Shown in pieces: positions 1-10,780 of a stretch of DNA of 64,000 nt. Numbering within the stretch: position 1 is the first letter of the stretch; every line of letters begins with the position of its first letter. This stretch comes from Aureliella sp. (GTDB lineage: Bacteria; Planctomycetota; Planctomycetia; Pirellulales; Pirellulaceae), in contig OY829846.1 of NCBI GenBank assembly GCA_963691875.1, forward strand, positions 448,001 through 512,000. Direction: 5' to 3'. The notes under the pieces were generated by a model that worked only from the letters and a program-made list of their open reading frames with translations, had not been told where the DNA came from and did no database searches. The translations under genes and the position numbers were made by a program.

Positions 1-848
1 TTCGTTCAGTCTTGCTCCTTAGCATCCAATTTGACGAACAAGCTGCTCAACACGACGCGCAATGAATCTATAAAAGATGAAAGAGTACAAGGACATGTAC
101 GGTACTTGGAATGCACCGTGTTTCTTCAACTAGCAACGGCGTCGACTATTTTCCGTGTCAATCGATGCTTTCGCTGATAAATCCACTTGCTCTAAGCCCG
201 ACTCAAAACGGCCCCGAGCGGCAGGCAACCGGATCTCTGGATCGTCTCGCGAAAGATCCGCGTTTGTAATTTGGACTCAACTCTCTGACCGCCTCAATGG
301 TGGCAGAGTTCGCTCGAGAGCCCATTATTAGAAATACAACAGAAACAACTAAATAATTGCACTTGGCCCCGTGAAAAAATTCCGCGTGAACGAAACTAGA
401 CGCGGCCTAAGTTGTCTCGGAGTGTCGTATTTGCATCTGGCCACGTCGTTAGAGTCGCGCTACACACAACCATTTGAAGATCGAAGGCGCCCCTCGAGGC
501 CGAGAACGCTTCAACCTCCGGAAGTTGGAGAGTATCTCATCCGTCGCATCTTGAGGTGGATGAGTATCTCGACCGGCAATTCGCTGCTCTCTCAGCAATT
601 ACAGAAGTGAGAACTTCTCATTGCTTTCCGGGTACGCGTTCTGCACACGACGCGTGAGCGCCGTCGTTTGCGACGCAGCCCTTTCGCCGGCAGAAAACGT
701 CGGATTGTGTTCGATTTACGATCCGAAAAACGGTGTTGTTACATTTCGCACCACCTTGAGTGCTATCGTTAGTAGCATCTCGGAGGATTCCATTTATAAC
801 TCAGGCTCAACAACACCAGTTTCCATTTGCCAAACACAGCATAGCTTT

Positions 849-3404
849 CTACTTGGACAAAAAGATATCACTCTGAACCACCAGATGGACCAAGTCGCGC
901 AGATGATACCCGCCTTTCTCGAGCTCCCCTACGATGCGATCTACTTCCCCGCGGTCGGCTGACTCAAGCAGGCGACCGGTGGCGTAGGTTAACATCTTCT
1001 CTGTTAGGCAGCGTGCTACTTGCGATTCACGTTCCATCAGCATCGCTTTGAATTCACCCAGGTCTTTGATTTCGCGTCCGTTTGCCAAGGTGGCGGCGGT
1101 ATCGATGGGCGGTCCCTGCCTGTCCTTTTTGTCGACTTTCGGATATCGGTCGCGCCACCGCCCGATTGGGTCGAAGCTCTCCAGGGCGAAGCCCATAGGG
1201 TCAATCTTGCGGTGGCAACCGTTGCAAGCCGGTTGATCGCGATGGATCGCCATCTGCTCTTTGATCGTTTTGGCAGAGTGCAGGTCAGGCGACAGCGGTT
1301 CCACATCCGGTGGTGGCGGCGGGGGCGGGTTGCCGAGGATATTCTCCAGTACATACACACCGCGAACGATGGGTGAGGTGTCCACACCGTTTGCAGTGAC
1401 GGTCATGAACGCAGGCGTGGTTAGTAAACCACCACGTCGTTGGTCTTCTAGTTTGACTTTGCGAAGATTCTCGCCGACTACTTTCTGTCGGTAGATCATC
1501 TCGCCCAGTTGCTTGTTCATGAAAGTGTAATCGGAATCAATGAAGTCGCGGATCGGCCCGTTACGTTTTAGGACGTAACTGAAGAAGGCGTCGACCTGGG
1601 GAACAAGAAAATCCTTCACGCGAAAGTACTGGCCGTAGGGCCCTTTCCTATCTGGCTCCATGCGTCCGAGTTCATACAGCTTCAACCAGCGCTCGGGAAA
1701 GTGCCGAGTAAAGGCGGCAGATTTCGGATCCTCTAACATTCGCTCGACCTGGCGTTCCAACTCCGCACCATCCGTCAATTTTCCTGCGCGAGCGAGGTCC
1801 ATCAGGGTTTCGTCCGGCATCGACGACCAGAGGAAATAGCTCAGACGTGAAGCGAGCGCGAAATGATCGAGTTTGCCTGGATTTTGTCGCAGGTAGATGA
1901 AGTCAGGCGAACAGAGCATCGCGGCGTAAGCACCTTGCATCGCCGCTTGACGCGAGTTCCCCTCAGACTCCAGTTTGGCTACCAGTCCGACGTATTTCTC
2001 GAGTTCCTGTGGTTTCACTGCGCGACGATACGCCCGCTCGGTAAAGGAGTGAAAGAGCGTATTCAGATCTGCGTCTTCGATTGGCCCACTGCCATAAAGT
2101 GCGGTGTGACTTTGGGGAGGCCACCCGCCGGAGATTGGTTCGATCCGGAAGCTATGCACGCGTAACGTCGGACCGAGATACCCTTTCTTAAACAGCGTCT
2201 CGGCGACCTGCTTCTTGAATCCTTTTTGCTTTCTGTCGATTTTGGAGTATTCCTCTGGATACCACTGCTCGAGCAGGATGTGGAAGGCATTGTGCTGGAT
2301 CCACGGTCCGTTTTCCCACCCGATCCAAGCACTCCACGGATCGTCGATCCAGGTCTCGAACGAGAACGTTCGCTTTTCGCCATCGCCCGGCAATGTCCAA
2401 CGCGTAATCCGGTGACGCCGCTCCCCTCGCTGGTGTTCGTACCGCTCCAGATAGAGCCCGACCTCGAACTCCTCCTCAGTGCTTGTTCTTCCGCGGTGGA
2501 TGAGATTTCCTTCTCGCACAGTCCATTTACCCCAGGCATCTTTCCTGGGGTTATGGGCGGACAGTTCGACCGTGATCTGATAATGGGCTGGTCGGCGTAT
2601 GCCGCCGTGATACTTGTCCGGTCCGATGCGGTTATATCGCTCCCAACGTTGAAACACCTCGTCATATGGATCGCCCTTTTCCCGCTGGTATTTGCCCAGC
2701 GTATCGCCGTGTAGCGTCTTGGTGCAGATGGGTGCGGTGAACGTCTCAGCCTCGAAGGGTTTTTGAGGCTCGTTGTGCGTGGCCATCTCAATGGTCTCTT
2801 CCGCTGCGCCGATCAGCATCTTTAGCAGGAAGTCGGACATTACCAGTTGCTGGCCAATGTTATCGAAACCCTCCGCCTCTTCGTCGTCTTGAAAACTTCT
2901 TGTCGGCTCGATCGTTTTCTGCGCGGTGATTCCATTGCCGTTGAAATCGTAAAGCCCTGAAACGACCGTGGGGGCAAAATCTGGGTGGTTGATATAAAAC
3001 AGGTCGCGCAGCGTGTTGCGAAGCTCGAACTTGTTCAGCCGCCGGATCACTGCCTGGCCTCCAGTGCTCTTGCGCGCAGCGTAGGCGTCCCGGAGCACAG
3101 GTGTCAGAGCTTTGATGAGTTTCTCTGTTTCCGCGAACTGCGGCTGCGGTCTCTCTCTTGGTGGCATCTCACCCAGGTTGAGCTGATCCAAGATGCCCTG
3201 CCAGGTTTCAAGAGTTTGGAGTTTAGTAAGATCCGTCCCAAGTGTGTCGAAGCGGTAATCGCCTTTCTGCTGGTTGGGACCATGGCAGGCGAAACAGTGC
3301 TGCTTCAGGAAGGGACGCGCTTTTTCGAAGGGTGACTCGGCGTAGGTCTCAATTGCGACAACCGCCACGATGAGGATCACGGCCTGGATAGTTAGTCTCC
3401 GCAT
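849..3404 (-). CDS. DUF1592/DUF1588/DUF1595/DUF1585/DUF1587 (PSD-type) protein with planctomycete cytochrome c domains
   Basis: Signal-peptide-like N-terminus. CxxCH motifs CFACH and CNGCH. Family motifs RRLNKFELRNTLRDL, LASRLSYFLWSSMPD, TSPIVRGVYVLENILG and IDPMGFALESFDPIGRWR. ATG at 3404 preferred over the GTG at 3416 because it lies just past the upstream stop. Confidence 0.9.
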   Translation of the reverse strand: MRRLTIQAVILIVAVVAIETYAESPFEKARPFLKQHCFACHGPNQQKGDYRFDTLGTDLTKLQTLETWQGILDQLNLGEMPPRERPQPQFAETEKLIKALTPVLRDAYAARKSTGGQAVIRRLNKFELRNTLRDLFYINHPDFAPTVVSGLYDFNGNGITAQKTIEPTRSFQDDEEAEGFDNIGQQLVMSDFLLKMLIGAAEETIEMATHNEPQKPFEAETFTAPICTKTLHGDTLGKYQREKGDPYDEVFQRWERYNRIGPDKYHGGIRRPAHYQITVELSAHNPRKDAWGKWTVREGNLIHRGRTSTEEEFEVGLYLERYEHQRGERRHRITRWTLPGDGEKRTFSFETWIDDPWSAWIGWENGPWIQHNAFHILLEQWYPEEYSKIDRKQKGFKKQVAETLFKKGYLGPTLRVHSFRIEPISGGWPPQSHTALYGSGPIEDADLNTLFHSFTERAYRRAVKPQELEKYVGLVAKLESEGNSRQAAMQGAYAAMLCSPDFIYLRQNPGKLDHFALASRLSYFLWSSMPDETLMDLARAGKLTDGAELERQVERMLEDPKSAAFTRHFPERWLKLYELGRMEPDRKGPYGQYFRVKDFLVPQVDAFFSYVLKRNGPIRDFIDSDYTFMNKQLGEMIYRQKVVGENLRKVKLEDQRRGGLLTTPAFMTVTANGVDTSPIVRGVYVLENILGNPPPPPPPDVEPLSPDLHSAKTIKEQMAIHRDQPACNGCHRKIDPMGFALESFDPIGRWRDRYPKVDKKDRQGPPIDTAATLANGREIKDLGEFKAMLMERESQVARCLTEKMLTYATGRLLESADRGEVDRIVGELEKGGYHLRDLVHLVVQSDIFLSK

Positions 3405-3406
3405 GC

Positions 3407-4666
3407 TCAGCTCCACTCGAGTCCTGCAAGCGTGCCGGTACTCGTGCCGAACCGATCGACCTCAAGGCCAAAGTTTTGCAGCATGGATAGCAACAGGTTG
3501 CACGCCTTGAGTCGACGAGGTTCTTCTTCGGGCATCACTCGGTGTTCACCCAGTCTGAAACCACCGCCGGCGAGAACGAGCGGCATGTTCTTGCACGAGT
3601 GGGTTCCGGTCGCCATACCGCAGCCGAAGAGAAGCATTGTATGATCGAACAGCGTGCCGCCATTGATCGGATCTTCCTTAGCTTTTAGCAGATCGATTAG
3701 ATACGACATCTGCGCGATCTGATTGCCTTCGATCAGCTTGAGTGCAGCCGTGTGGTCGGGACGCTCACCGTGGTGTGAGAAGCCGTGGTAGCCCCCCTGC
3801 AGACCGAAGTCTCCATTGGCAAATCCGCTGGCTAGGGTGATGACCCGTGTAGAGTCGGTCTCGATCGCCAACGCGATCAACTCCATCATAATTTCCATCT
3901 CGTCCGCAGTCTGGCGAGCGGGACGTGGCTCGGCCATTTCGGTCTTTGGTTTGGGCCGATCGAGCCAGGGCTGCTGCTGTTCGATTTTCTTCTCCAGGCT
4001 TCGCACCGAGTTGAGGTACTCGGCGAATTTCCGTTGATCCTGTTTCCCTAGTTCGCGGTTCACTTCAGCGGCTCTTTCCAGCACCGTATCCAGAATGCTG
4101 CCGTGACGTTCCAGTCGCAGCTGCCCTTGCTTTCTCAATTCGGCAGAGTCTTCGAGGAACAGCTTGCGGTACATTCCGGTTACATCGATCGCGGGCACCT
4201 GCACCCCCGTGCGGGTGAAACTGATCTGATTAGTCTCTTTCACCTTGAGTGTCATTGAGGAATAGCGGGTAGCGGCGCCGACGAGTTCGGCCGCCTTCTG
4301 ATCCATGCTGATGTTGCCTTCAGGAAAGCCAGCCGCCATATCCGGCCGGATGCCGTTCAAGAACGTAGGCACGCAGGCGTGACCGCCCGTAAGGCCATGG
4401 TCGAGATTGGAGAAGACCGTGAAATCATCGCGGTGCTTCTCGAGCGGCTTCAACGTAGACGGGATCTCAAATTCCCGTCCACCCTTCGTCGGGAAAAACG
4501 CCTTCTGATAAACCCCGTAGTTGTTCGACAGACAGACCATGCGTTTGATGGGTTTATCAAGTTTACCGGCGTTATATCCGCAAGGTAGCGCGGATTCAAA
4601 AATCGGTAGCGTCAGGGCGACACCGGCGCCTTTCAGCACGGTTCGGCGGTTAAGTACTCTCGTCAT
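3407..4666 (-). CDS. DUF1552 (HXXSHH) family protein
   Basis: Tat-like NRRTVLKG, SMDQKAA, YLNSVRSLEKKI, DSTRVITL, YHGFSHH, and C-terminal ERFG-like DRFGTSTG. Usual partner of DUF1592 proteins. Confidence 0.92.
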   Translation of the reverse strand: MTRVLNRRTVLKGAGVALTLPIFESALPCGYNAGKLDKPIKRMVCLSNNYGVYQKAFFPTKGGREFEIPSTLKPLEKHRDDFTVFSNLDHGLTGGHACVPTFLNGIRPDMAAGFPEGNISMDQKAAELVGAATRYSSMTLKVKETNQISFTRTGVQVPAIDVTGMYRKLFLEDSAELRKQGQLRLERHGSILDTVLERAAEVNRELGKQDQRKFAEYLNSVRSLEKKIEQQQPWLDRPKPKTEMAEPRPARQTADEMEIMMELIALAIETDSTRVITLASGFANGDFGLQGGYHGFSHHGERPDHTAALKLIEGNQIAQMSYLIDLLKAKEDPINGGTLFDHTMLLFGCGMATGTHSCKNMPLVLAGGGFRLGEHRVMPEEEPRRLKACNLLLSMLQNFGLEVDRFGTSTGTLAGLEWS

Positions 4667-5192
4667 GATTTCGATCCGTTCGATGGCGGTGCATTGTGTC
4701 GTAGCAAGTATCTGCTTCGACAGCCCCTTTGGTTAACCAAATAGGTTACTTGCATTTTCAACAATGATGTAAAGCGACTCAACTTTAGAGCCGCATTTTC
4801 GCGGCATTTCCACAGACAGATTCGTACATTGTTTCGCCAAATCGTACGTAGCGTTCAGCGGCCGCAGAGTCATCCAATATGGGCCGCACGCTGCTCAATT
4901 TGCTTTTGTCAATTCCTCACACGGCGATTAGCATCACAATGACGATGAAATGCGACTGCAAACCGGAGATGAACCATCGTGGCAAGCTCATTCAATGCTG
5001 AATCGACGTCCGTTGCGAATCGGACCAGCCGATTTTCTTGGGTCGTTACGCGTTAGTCGATTTGGAAGCCGGTTTCACGGTATCTGTTCTTCGGCCTCCA
5101 AGAATCTCAGTTAACGCGCGACTTTCCTAAGCCGCGGATTGGGCGATTACGAGTATCAAAGAGATGTGTCGCTAAAAGTCAGGGGTTCGCAA

Positions 5193-5591
5193 TCATACGA
5201 GAGTGGGCATTATGCTTATCCCTTTTAGCGACAACAGTAGCGGTGGAGCTATCGATAGTACCTGAAAAAGGATTAAAGCGACGCCGTAGTTTCGAGCTCT
5301 GATTCTCTGGAGCGTCAGCCAAAAAATGAACCCCGCATAAAAGGGTACCATGAGAAGTATTAGAAAGCTGAAAGCTTGCAGAGGTAGCCAAAGGATCGCG
5401 TTAATGTACGGTCCGGAAAACGAAAGTCCTATGAACAATGGGAAACACGCGTAACCCGCCAGAGGAGTTGCAAAGTGGACTGGGTGAAGCTTCACTTCTT
5501 TGGCTTCGGTTGCTTGCTTTGCGAGTGGTTCGTCGCTTGGTGCTGGCGGCGTATAGGGGGTGTCGGTTTCTTTTTCTTCGGACAAGGGCAA
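5193..5591 (-). CDS. small membrane protein, paralog 1
   Basis: DTPYTPP N-terminus, HPVH motif and about 3 hydrophobic segments. Clearly homologous to the adjacent 5614..5991. Confidence 0.7.
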   Translation of the reverse strand: MPLSEEKETDTPYTPPAPSDEPLAKQATEAKEVKLHPVHFATPLAGYACFPLFIGLSFSGPYINAILWLPLQAFSFLILLMVPFYAGFIFWLTLQRIRARNYGVALILFQVLSIAPPLLLSLKGISIMPTLV

Positions 5592-5613
5592 ACTGCTTTA
5601 AATGGGTTGGACG

Positions 5614-5991
5614 TTACAGTAGCGATAACGCGAACATCGAAAAGAGCCCCCACAATATCGGTGGAAGTATAGAAAGCATCTGAAACAGAGTGAGGCCCAC
5701 GCTGTTGTTTCCCTGTTGGATTCGTGCAGCTGTGAATAGAAAGAGAATCAACCCATACAGGGGAAGTAAGAATGGTAACGCGTCTGCGGAGAAAAAAAGT
5801 AATCGGAGTCCGTCTTCACTAATGAACCGTAAACCTATCATGAGTGGGATATACCCATAACCTAGGAATGGAACCCACCAATGAACCGGATGAGGCTTCG
5901 CCTTCGGGGAGGCGGTTTTTCGCTTAACGACCGGTTCCTCGCTCAGTTCCGGTGGTTGGTAAGGGGTGTCGGTATCGTTTTCGATGGACAT
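5614..5991 (-). CDS. small membrane protein, paralog 2
   Basis: DTPYQPP N-terminus, HPVH motif, GY..PL.IGL.F and LFQ.LSI.PP.L shared with 5193..5591. Confidence 0.7.
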   Translation of the reverse strand: MSIENDTDTPYQPPELSEEPVVKRKTASPKAKPHPVHWWVPFLGYGYIPLMIGLRFISEDGLRLLFFSADALPFLLPLYGLILFLFTAARIQQGNNSVGLTLFQMLSILPPILWGLFSMFALSLL

Positions 5992-6288
5992 CGGCGGACC
6001 TGCTTTGAATGAGGGGCGATTACGGAGGAACTTTCAATTCAAACCTGACCATCTTTAGCTGGTGGTTGCGATAAGACTCAACGAATATCGCTTCGGTGTC
6101 CAAAGGACAATCGAGGATCTGCGTTTCGGCCTCTCCATTCTCACCGAACCGATTTGTACGCATCTGTCACCTTTTGATGATCTCTTCGGGGTGCCGAGAA
6201 ACAAATTTCGGGTGGTGGAATTCTTGGAGTCTAGAATGCATCGCTCGGGAGTTGCGGCGAAGTTCACTACACAGGAATAATAAATCGC

Positions 6289-7722
6289 TCACGTCAAAAG
6301 TCCCTTGATTACATGCCCATGGACATCGGTCAGACGTCGTTCGATGCCGTTGTGGTAGAACGTCAGCCGCGTGTGATCGACACCCAACAAGTGGAGTGCC
6401 GTTGCGTGCAGGTCGTAGCTGTAGGTGGGATGCTCGACGGCCTTGTAACCAAGTTCATCTGTTGCCCCGTAGCCGATTCCTCCTTTGATTCCGCCGCCGG
6501 CAAGCCATGCCGTGAAAGCGCCGGAATTGTGGTCTCGGCCCTTTGCTCCGCCGCCCTGAGCGGCTGGTTGCCGACCAAACTCCGTCGTGCAGATGACCAG
6601 CGTGTCGTCGAGCATTCCCTGTTGTTTGAGATCCTTAAGTAACGCTGATGCACCGCTATCAAGGACTGCTCCCCAGTAGCCGTGGTCGCGAGGCAAGTCT
6701 TCGTGGCTGTCCCAGTTGGGGCGAATCTTCTTGGCCGTCGTATTCTCCGCTCCACAATAAATTTGAACGAAACGTACACCGCGTTGCGCGAGTCGCCTTG
6801 CCAGTAAACACTGTCGACCAAACGGGCCAGTATTGGCGTCGTCGATGTTGTAGAGCTGTTTTGTCGCTGTGGTCTCGTTGCTCAGGTTGGTCACTTCGGG
6901 AGCACTGAGCTGCAACCGTGCCGCCATTTCGTATGCCTTGATGCGGGCGTCGAGTTCACTGTTACCACGGCGGGGTTTTTGATGGAGGCGGTTGAGTTTC
7001 TGGAGAAAGTCCAAGCCCGACTGATTCGCTGCCGGCGTAACTTCCGGCATGTTGTCTGGTGGAAACAGGTCCGCGATGGGCTGTTTCGGGTTCGTCGTAT
7101 CGAGCGTCGTGGCCTGATGCTCAGCGGGCAGGAAGCCAGCTCCCCAGTTGATGATGCCGCCGGGCGGAAGACCTCGCGGGTCCGGCAATACAACGAAGGC
7201 CGGCAGGTCATCGGCTTCGCTGCCAAGGCCATATGTCACCCACGATCCCATGCTCGGGAACCCGGGCAGCGTGAATCCGGTATTCATCATGAAGCACGCT
7301 GGACCGTGCAACGCGGTCTTACTGTGCATCGAGTAAATGAACGCCATGTCGTCGACACACGAAGCGAGTTTTGGAAACAGATCGCTCATCCACAATCCGG
7401 ACTGTCCGTGCTGACGGAACTTCCAGTGACTCCCTTGACAGTTGCCAGGCTTTGAGGCGAAGAACTGCAGATTGCCGTCGGGATCAAACGGAGTTCCGTT
7501 TCGCTTTTCGAGTTTCGGCTTGTAATCGTAGGTGTCAACCTGACTCATTCCTCCGGGACAGAAAATCTGGATAACGCGCCGAGCCTTCGGAGCATGATGC
7601 GGCTGTGCACGCCCTTCGCCGCTCAGCATTGCGGTAAGAGCGAGCCCGCTCAGCCCGCCGCCAGCGGACTGCAGACACTGTCGTCGGGAGTAGGGCATCT
7701 CAATCGACATAAAGGAACTCAT
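6289..7722 (-). CDS. DUF1501 family (sulfatase-like, Tat-exported) protein
   Basis: SRRQCLQ twin-Arg, GGMSQVDTYDYKP, PSMGSWVTYGLGSE, CLLARRL..RGVRFVQ, WDSH, EFGRQP, GRDHN and DLHATALHLLG motifs. Confidence 0.93.
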   Translation of the reverse strand: MSSFMSIEMPYSRRQCLQSAGGGLSGLALTAMLSGEGRAQPHHAPKARRVIQIFCPGGMSQVDTYDYKPKLEKRNGTPFDPDGNLQFFASKPGNCQGSHWKFRQHGQSGLWMSDLFPKLASCVDDMAFIYSMHSKTALHGPACFMMNTGFTLPGFPSMGSWVTYGLGSEADDLPAFVVLPDPRGLPPGGIINWGAGFLPAEHQATTLDTTNPKQPIADLFPPDNMPEVTPAANQSGLDFLQKLNRLHQKPRRGNSELDARIKAYEMAARLQLSAPEVTNLSNETTATKQLYNIDDANTGPFGRQCLLARRLAQRGVRFVQIYCGAENTTAKKIRPNWDSHEDLPRDHGYWGAVLDSGASALLKDLKQQGMLDDTLVICTTEFGRQPAAQGGGAKGRDHNSGAFTAWLAGGGIKGGIGYGATDELGYKAVEHPTYSYDLHATALHLLGVDHTRLTFYHNGIERRLTDVHGHVIKGLLT

Positions 7723-10700
7723 TGGAATTCAAAAGAGAACGGCACAGGGCAAACACGCCCTGCTGTTGCACAAAGTCCATCGCAATGCGATCTTCCTCTG
7801 CGGACGGTTGTCGTCCGAAAGCTAATGCAAAGGCTCGTCGAACCTGAGTGTTCACATCCTTGCCAGCCTCACTGCCAAGTCGCTCGGCGAAGTAACGAGC
7901 CTGCCGGAGTATGAAGTCGTTGTTATACAGGGCAAGTGATTGCAAAGGCGTCGTGGTGGTAAGCCTCTTCGGCGTTAGGTTAGCTGGGTCGGGGCAATCG
8001 AGCGTTGTAAGAAAGCGGTCGGGAGTCGTACGCACGATGTAGCGATAAATGCTGCGCCGCCAGAGTGCCGGTTCGTCGGCTGTCACATAGGTGTAGATCG
8101 GGGCGTAAGCGTCCTGATATTGAAAATCTTCGAAACCAGGACCGCCGCGTTTGGGATTCAGCTTCCCGCTAACAAACAACACCGAATCGCGAATCGCCTC
8201 GGCCTCGATGCGTCGCGGATTCTGTCGCCAGAGCAAGCGGTTGTCGGCGTCGATTTTCTTGGGATCGATGTAGGACGGGGTAGCTTCCTCTTTCCCTTTC
8301 GTTTCTGCGACATGTTGCACATCTGTACTACTACGCTGCTTGTAAGTTTCGCTCGTGACGATCAGTCGATGCACCGCCTTTAGCGACCAGTTCCGGTTCG
8401 CCATTTCTTTCGCGAGCCAGTCCAGCAACTGCGGGTGCGAAGGACGACCACCGCCGAATCCGAAGTCGCTTGGCGTGTTGACCAGCCCCTCACCAAAGTG
8501 CCATTGCCACAAACGATTGACGATCACTCGACGGACAAGCGGGTTGTCCGGGTGGGTGATCCATCGGGCCAAGGCCGCTCGCCGTTCTCCTTCAGGCGTG
8601 TCCAACGTGCCCAGTCGGGAATCAAGCATTTCCAACGACGAGAGTGCTGCGGGTATCAACGCGTCGCCACTAGGAGATTCCGGATTGCCGCGCGTAAGCA
8701 GTTTCACTTTCGGAACGGTCTTCTCGGCAACAACGCCATAGAAACGGGGCGGCGTTCCGAGCGTCTCAAGATCTTTTTCAACTTGCTCGCGTTGAGCTTT
8801 GATTTCCGCGAGTCGGTTTCGCGTTTCCTCGGTCAGCATGGGCGGCGAAGACAGCTTCACTCGCGGATCGCCGAAGCCGATTTGATCCATGCCGTAGCCG
8901 TTGCCGCCATCGGTCGAAACCAGCGTAAGAAAGCGAGCCGAAGCGGATAGTTCGACATCAATCATTTGTAAGCCATCAGCACGCCTCAGCTTCTGGAAGT
9001 CTGCAGCTTTCTTTCCATCCACGAACACCCACGCATCGGCAAAGTTGTTCCCCACCGCGCCGAAGTAGCCGAGTTTAGCTGTGAAACGTAACGTAGCCAG
9101 ACTCTCCGTATCGGGCATTCCAGCGCTCGACTCAGAGGATTTAGCTACTTTGCGCATCGCCTCCAGATCAAACGTGAGCCCAGCATTCGCGTGCAGGCCC
9201 AGCAGGCTGTGCCCATCTTTCGTGAAGTTGATTCCATCCAACTCAGGAGAATGTTGACTCGCAACAGGCCCGTTGCGAATCATGTCCCATGCCTTACCTG
9301 ACGTCTTTGGCAAACCTGTGATGGAAACATCTGTCGAACTGACGGGAATCTCAGCCTTGCCGTTGTCTCCGTCCGGTACGAACACACCATCGATGAACTC
9401 GAAGGCTGACGGCGAAAAGGTGTTTGTCACTACATTGCCAAGGTTGCCGAAGTTGCGGGTTTGTACCTTCGCGTTGCGGGGATCGATGCCATTTCGATAC
9501 GTACCCGTGCCAACTCCGTTTCCGCCGCCGACAATGTCCGCAAGGTTCAGTCCCTCGCCCTCAAGCCTCCCCCTCTCAAAATCGAGTCTGTTCCGCAGAG
9601 CGATCAGTTCCTGTTTCTCTGTCTCGTACTGATTTAGAGCTGCATCACTGACCACTCGGTCTTCACGTTTGATTCCCGCAAACACGGCTTGCAACTGGTA
9701 ATACTCCCGCTGGGAAATTGGATCGAGCTTATGGTCGTGGCACCTAGCGCAATTGATGGTCAACCCCATCGTAGCTGTCATGACCTGTGTGGCCATATCG
9801 TCCAGATCAAGTGACCTCGCAGATCGGCGCAACACGGGGCTCTTTGTCTCCACTTGCCCGACAAAGTCCCACGGACCAGCCGATAGAAAGCCAGTCGCGA
9901 TCACGGCCTGTTCGTCATCCGGCCAGAGCACATCGCCGGCAATCTGCTCCTGTAGGAATCGGTCGTAAGGTTTGTCTTCATTCAAAGCGCGAATCACGTA
10001 ATCGCGATAACGCCATGCATTATCTCGCCGTTTGTCCCGCTCAAAGCCATGCGTGTCGGCGTAGTGAGCAATGTCGAGCCAGTGCCGTGCAAAGCGTTCG
10101 CCGTAGTGAGGAGATTCCAACATCTGATCGACAAGCTTTTCGTAGGCCTTGGGATCTTCGTTGTTGACGAATGCTTTGACCGCTTCCGGCGTTGGCGGCA
10201 AACCATGCAGATCGAATGACAATCGCCGAATGAGTGTCCGACGATCGGCCTGCCGACTCATTTGCAGATCGTGATTCGCGAGCTTCGCCCGAATGAAGCC
10301 GTCGATGGTTGTAGCCTGACTTTCCGAGTCGATTGGTTGTGTGGAACTAGACTCAGAGAATCGTCCTCTCAACGGCTGGTATGCCCACCACGAGGTATCC
10401 GCCTTCGATTTTTCTGCAACAACAACGCCATCGGGCCACTCTGCCCCCTGAGTGATCCATTTTCGCAGCAGGTCCACTTCAGCGTCTGAGAGAAACTGTC
10501 GCTCTTTCGGCATGGAGGGCGGATTACCATCTTGCGATGTGACCAACTCGATCAGGTAACTGTCATTGGGATCCTCGGCGGTCACGAAGTCGTTCGATTT
10601 CAGATCGTCGAATGTCGCCAGCGAAATATCGCCTTTATTATTCCCCGGTGAATGACATCGAACACAATGCTGCTCAAAGATCGGCGCTATATGCTTTTCG

Positions 10701-10780
10701 AAATCAACCAACTCAGCAGCCGCAGTTGGTATCGGAATGTACGTGAGACTCAGTATTAGTAGTCCAACTCTATTCATCAC
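7700..10780 (-). CDS. PSCyt1/DUF1549/DUF1553 planctomycete cytochrome c protein with an inserted NPCBM-like domain
   Basis: CVRCH and CARCHDHK heme motifs. RRLSFDLHGLPPT, YGERFARHWLDIAHYADT, IVNRLWQWHFGEGLVNTPSDFG and C-terminal NSNEFLYVD. Central segment VFVDGK...FLTLVSTDGGNG..MDQ..FGDPRV resembles NPCBM/NEW2. Confidence 0.9.
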   Translation of the reverse strand: MMNRVGLLILSLTYIPIPTAAAELVDFEKHIAPIFEQHCVRCHSPGNNKGDISLATFDDLKSNDFVTAEDPNDSYLIELVTSQDGNPPSMPKERQFLSDAEVDLLRKWITQGAEWPDGVVVAEKSKADTSWWAYQPLRGRFSESSSTQPIDSESQATTIDGFIRAKLANHDLQMSRQADRRTLIRRLSFDLHGLPPTPEAVKAFVNNEDPKAYEKLVDQMLESPHYGERFARHWLDIAHYADTHGFERDKRRDNAWRYRDYVIRALNEDKPYDRFLQEQIAGDVLWPDDEQAVIATGFLSAGPWDFVGQVETKSPVLRRSARSLDLDDMATQVMTATMGLTINCARCHDHKLDPISQREYYQLQAVFAGIKREDRVVSDAALNQYETEKQELIALRNRLDFERGRLEGEGLNLADIVGGGNGVGTGTYRNGIDPRNAKVQTRNFGNLGNVVTNTFSPSAFEFIDGVFVPDGDNGKAEIPVSSTDVSITGLPKTSGKAWDMIRNGPVASQHSPELDGINFTKDGHSLLGLHANAGLTFDLEAMRKVAKSSESSAGMPDTESLATLRFTAKLGYFGAVGNNFADAWVFVDGKKAADFQKLRRADGLQMIDVELSASARFLTLVSTDGGNGYGMDQIGFGDPRVKLSSPPMLTEETRNRLAEIKAQREQVEKDLETLGTPPRFYGVVAEKTVPKVKLLTRGNPESPSGDALIPAALSSLEMLDSRLGTLDTPEGERRAALARWITHPDNPLVRRVIVNRLWQWHFGEGLVNTPSDFGFGGGRPSHPQLLDWLAKEMANRNWSLKAVHRLIVTSETYKQRSSTDVQHVAETKGKEEATPSYIDPKKIDADNRLLWRQNPRRIEAEAIRDSVLFVSGKLNPKRGGPGFEDFQYQDAYAPIYTYVTADEPALWRRSIYRYIVRTTPDRFLTTLDCPDPANLTPKRLTTTTPLQSLALYNNDFILRQARYFAERLGSEAGKDVNTQVRRAFALAFGRQPSAEEDRIAMDFVQQQGVFALCRSLLNSNEFLYVD

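Noticed and set aside
1..840. short ORFs 371..610 and 621..962
   Set aside because: No recognisable motifs. The second overlaps the DUF1592 gene antisense.
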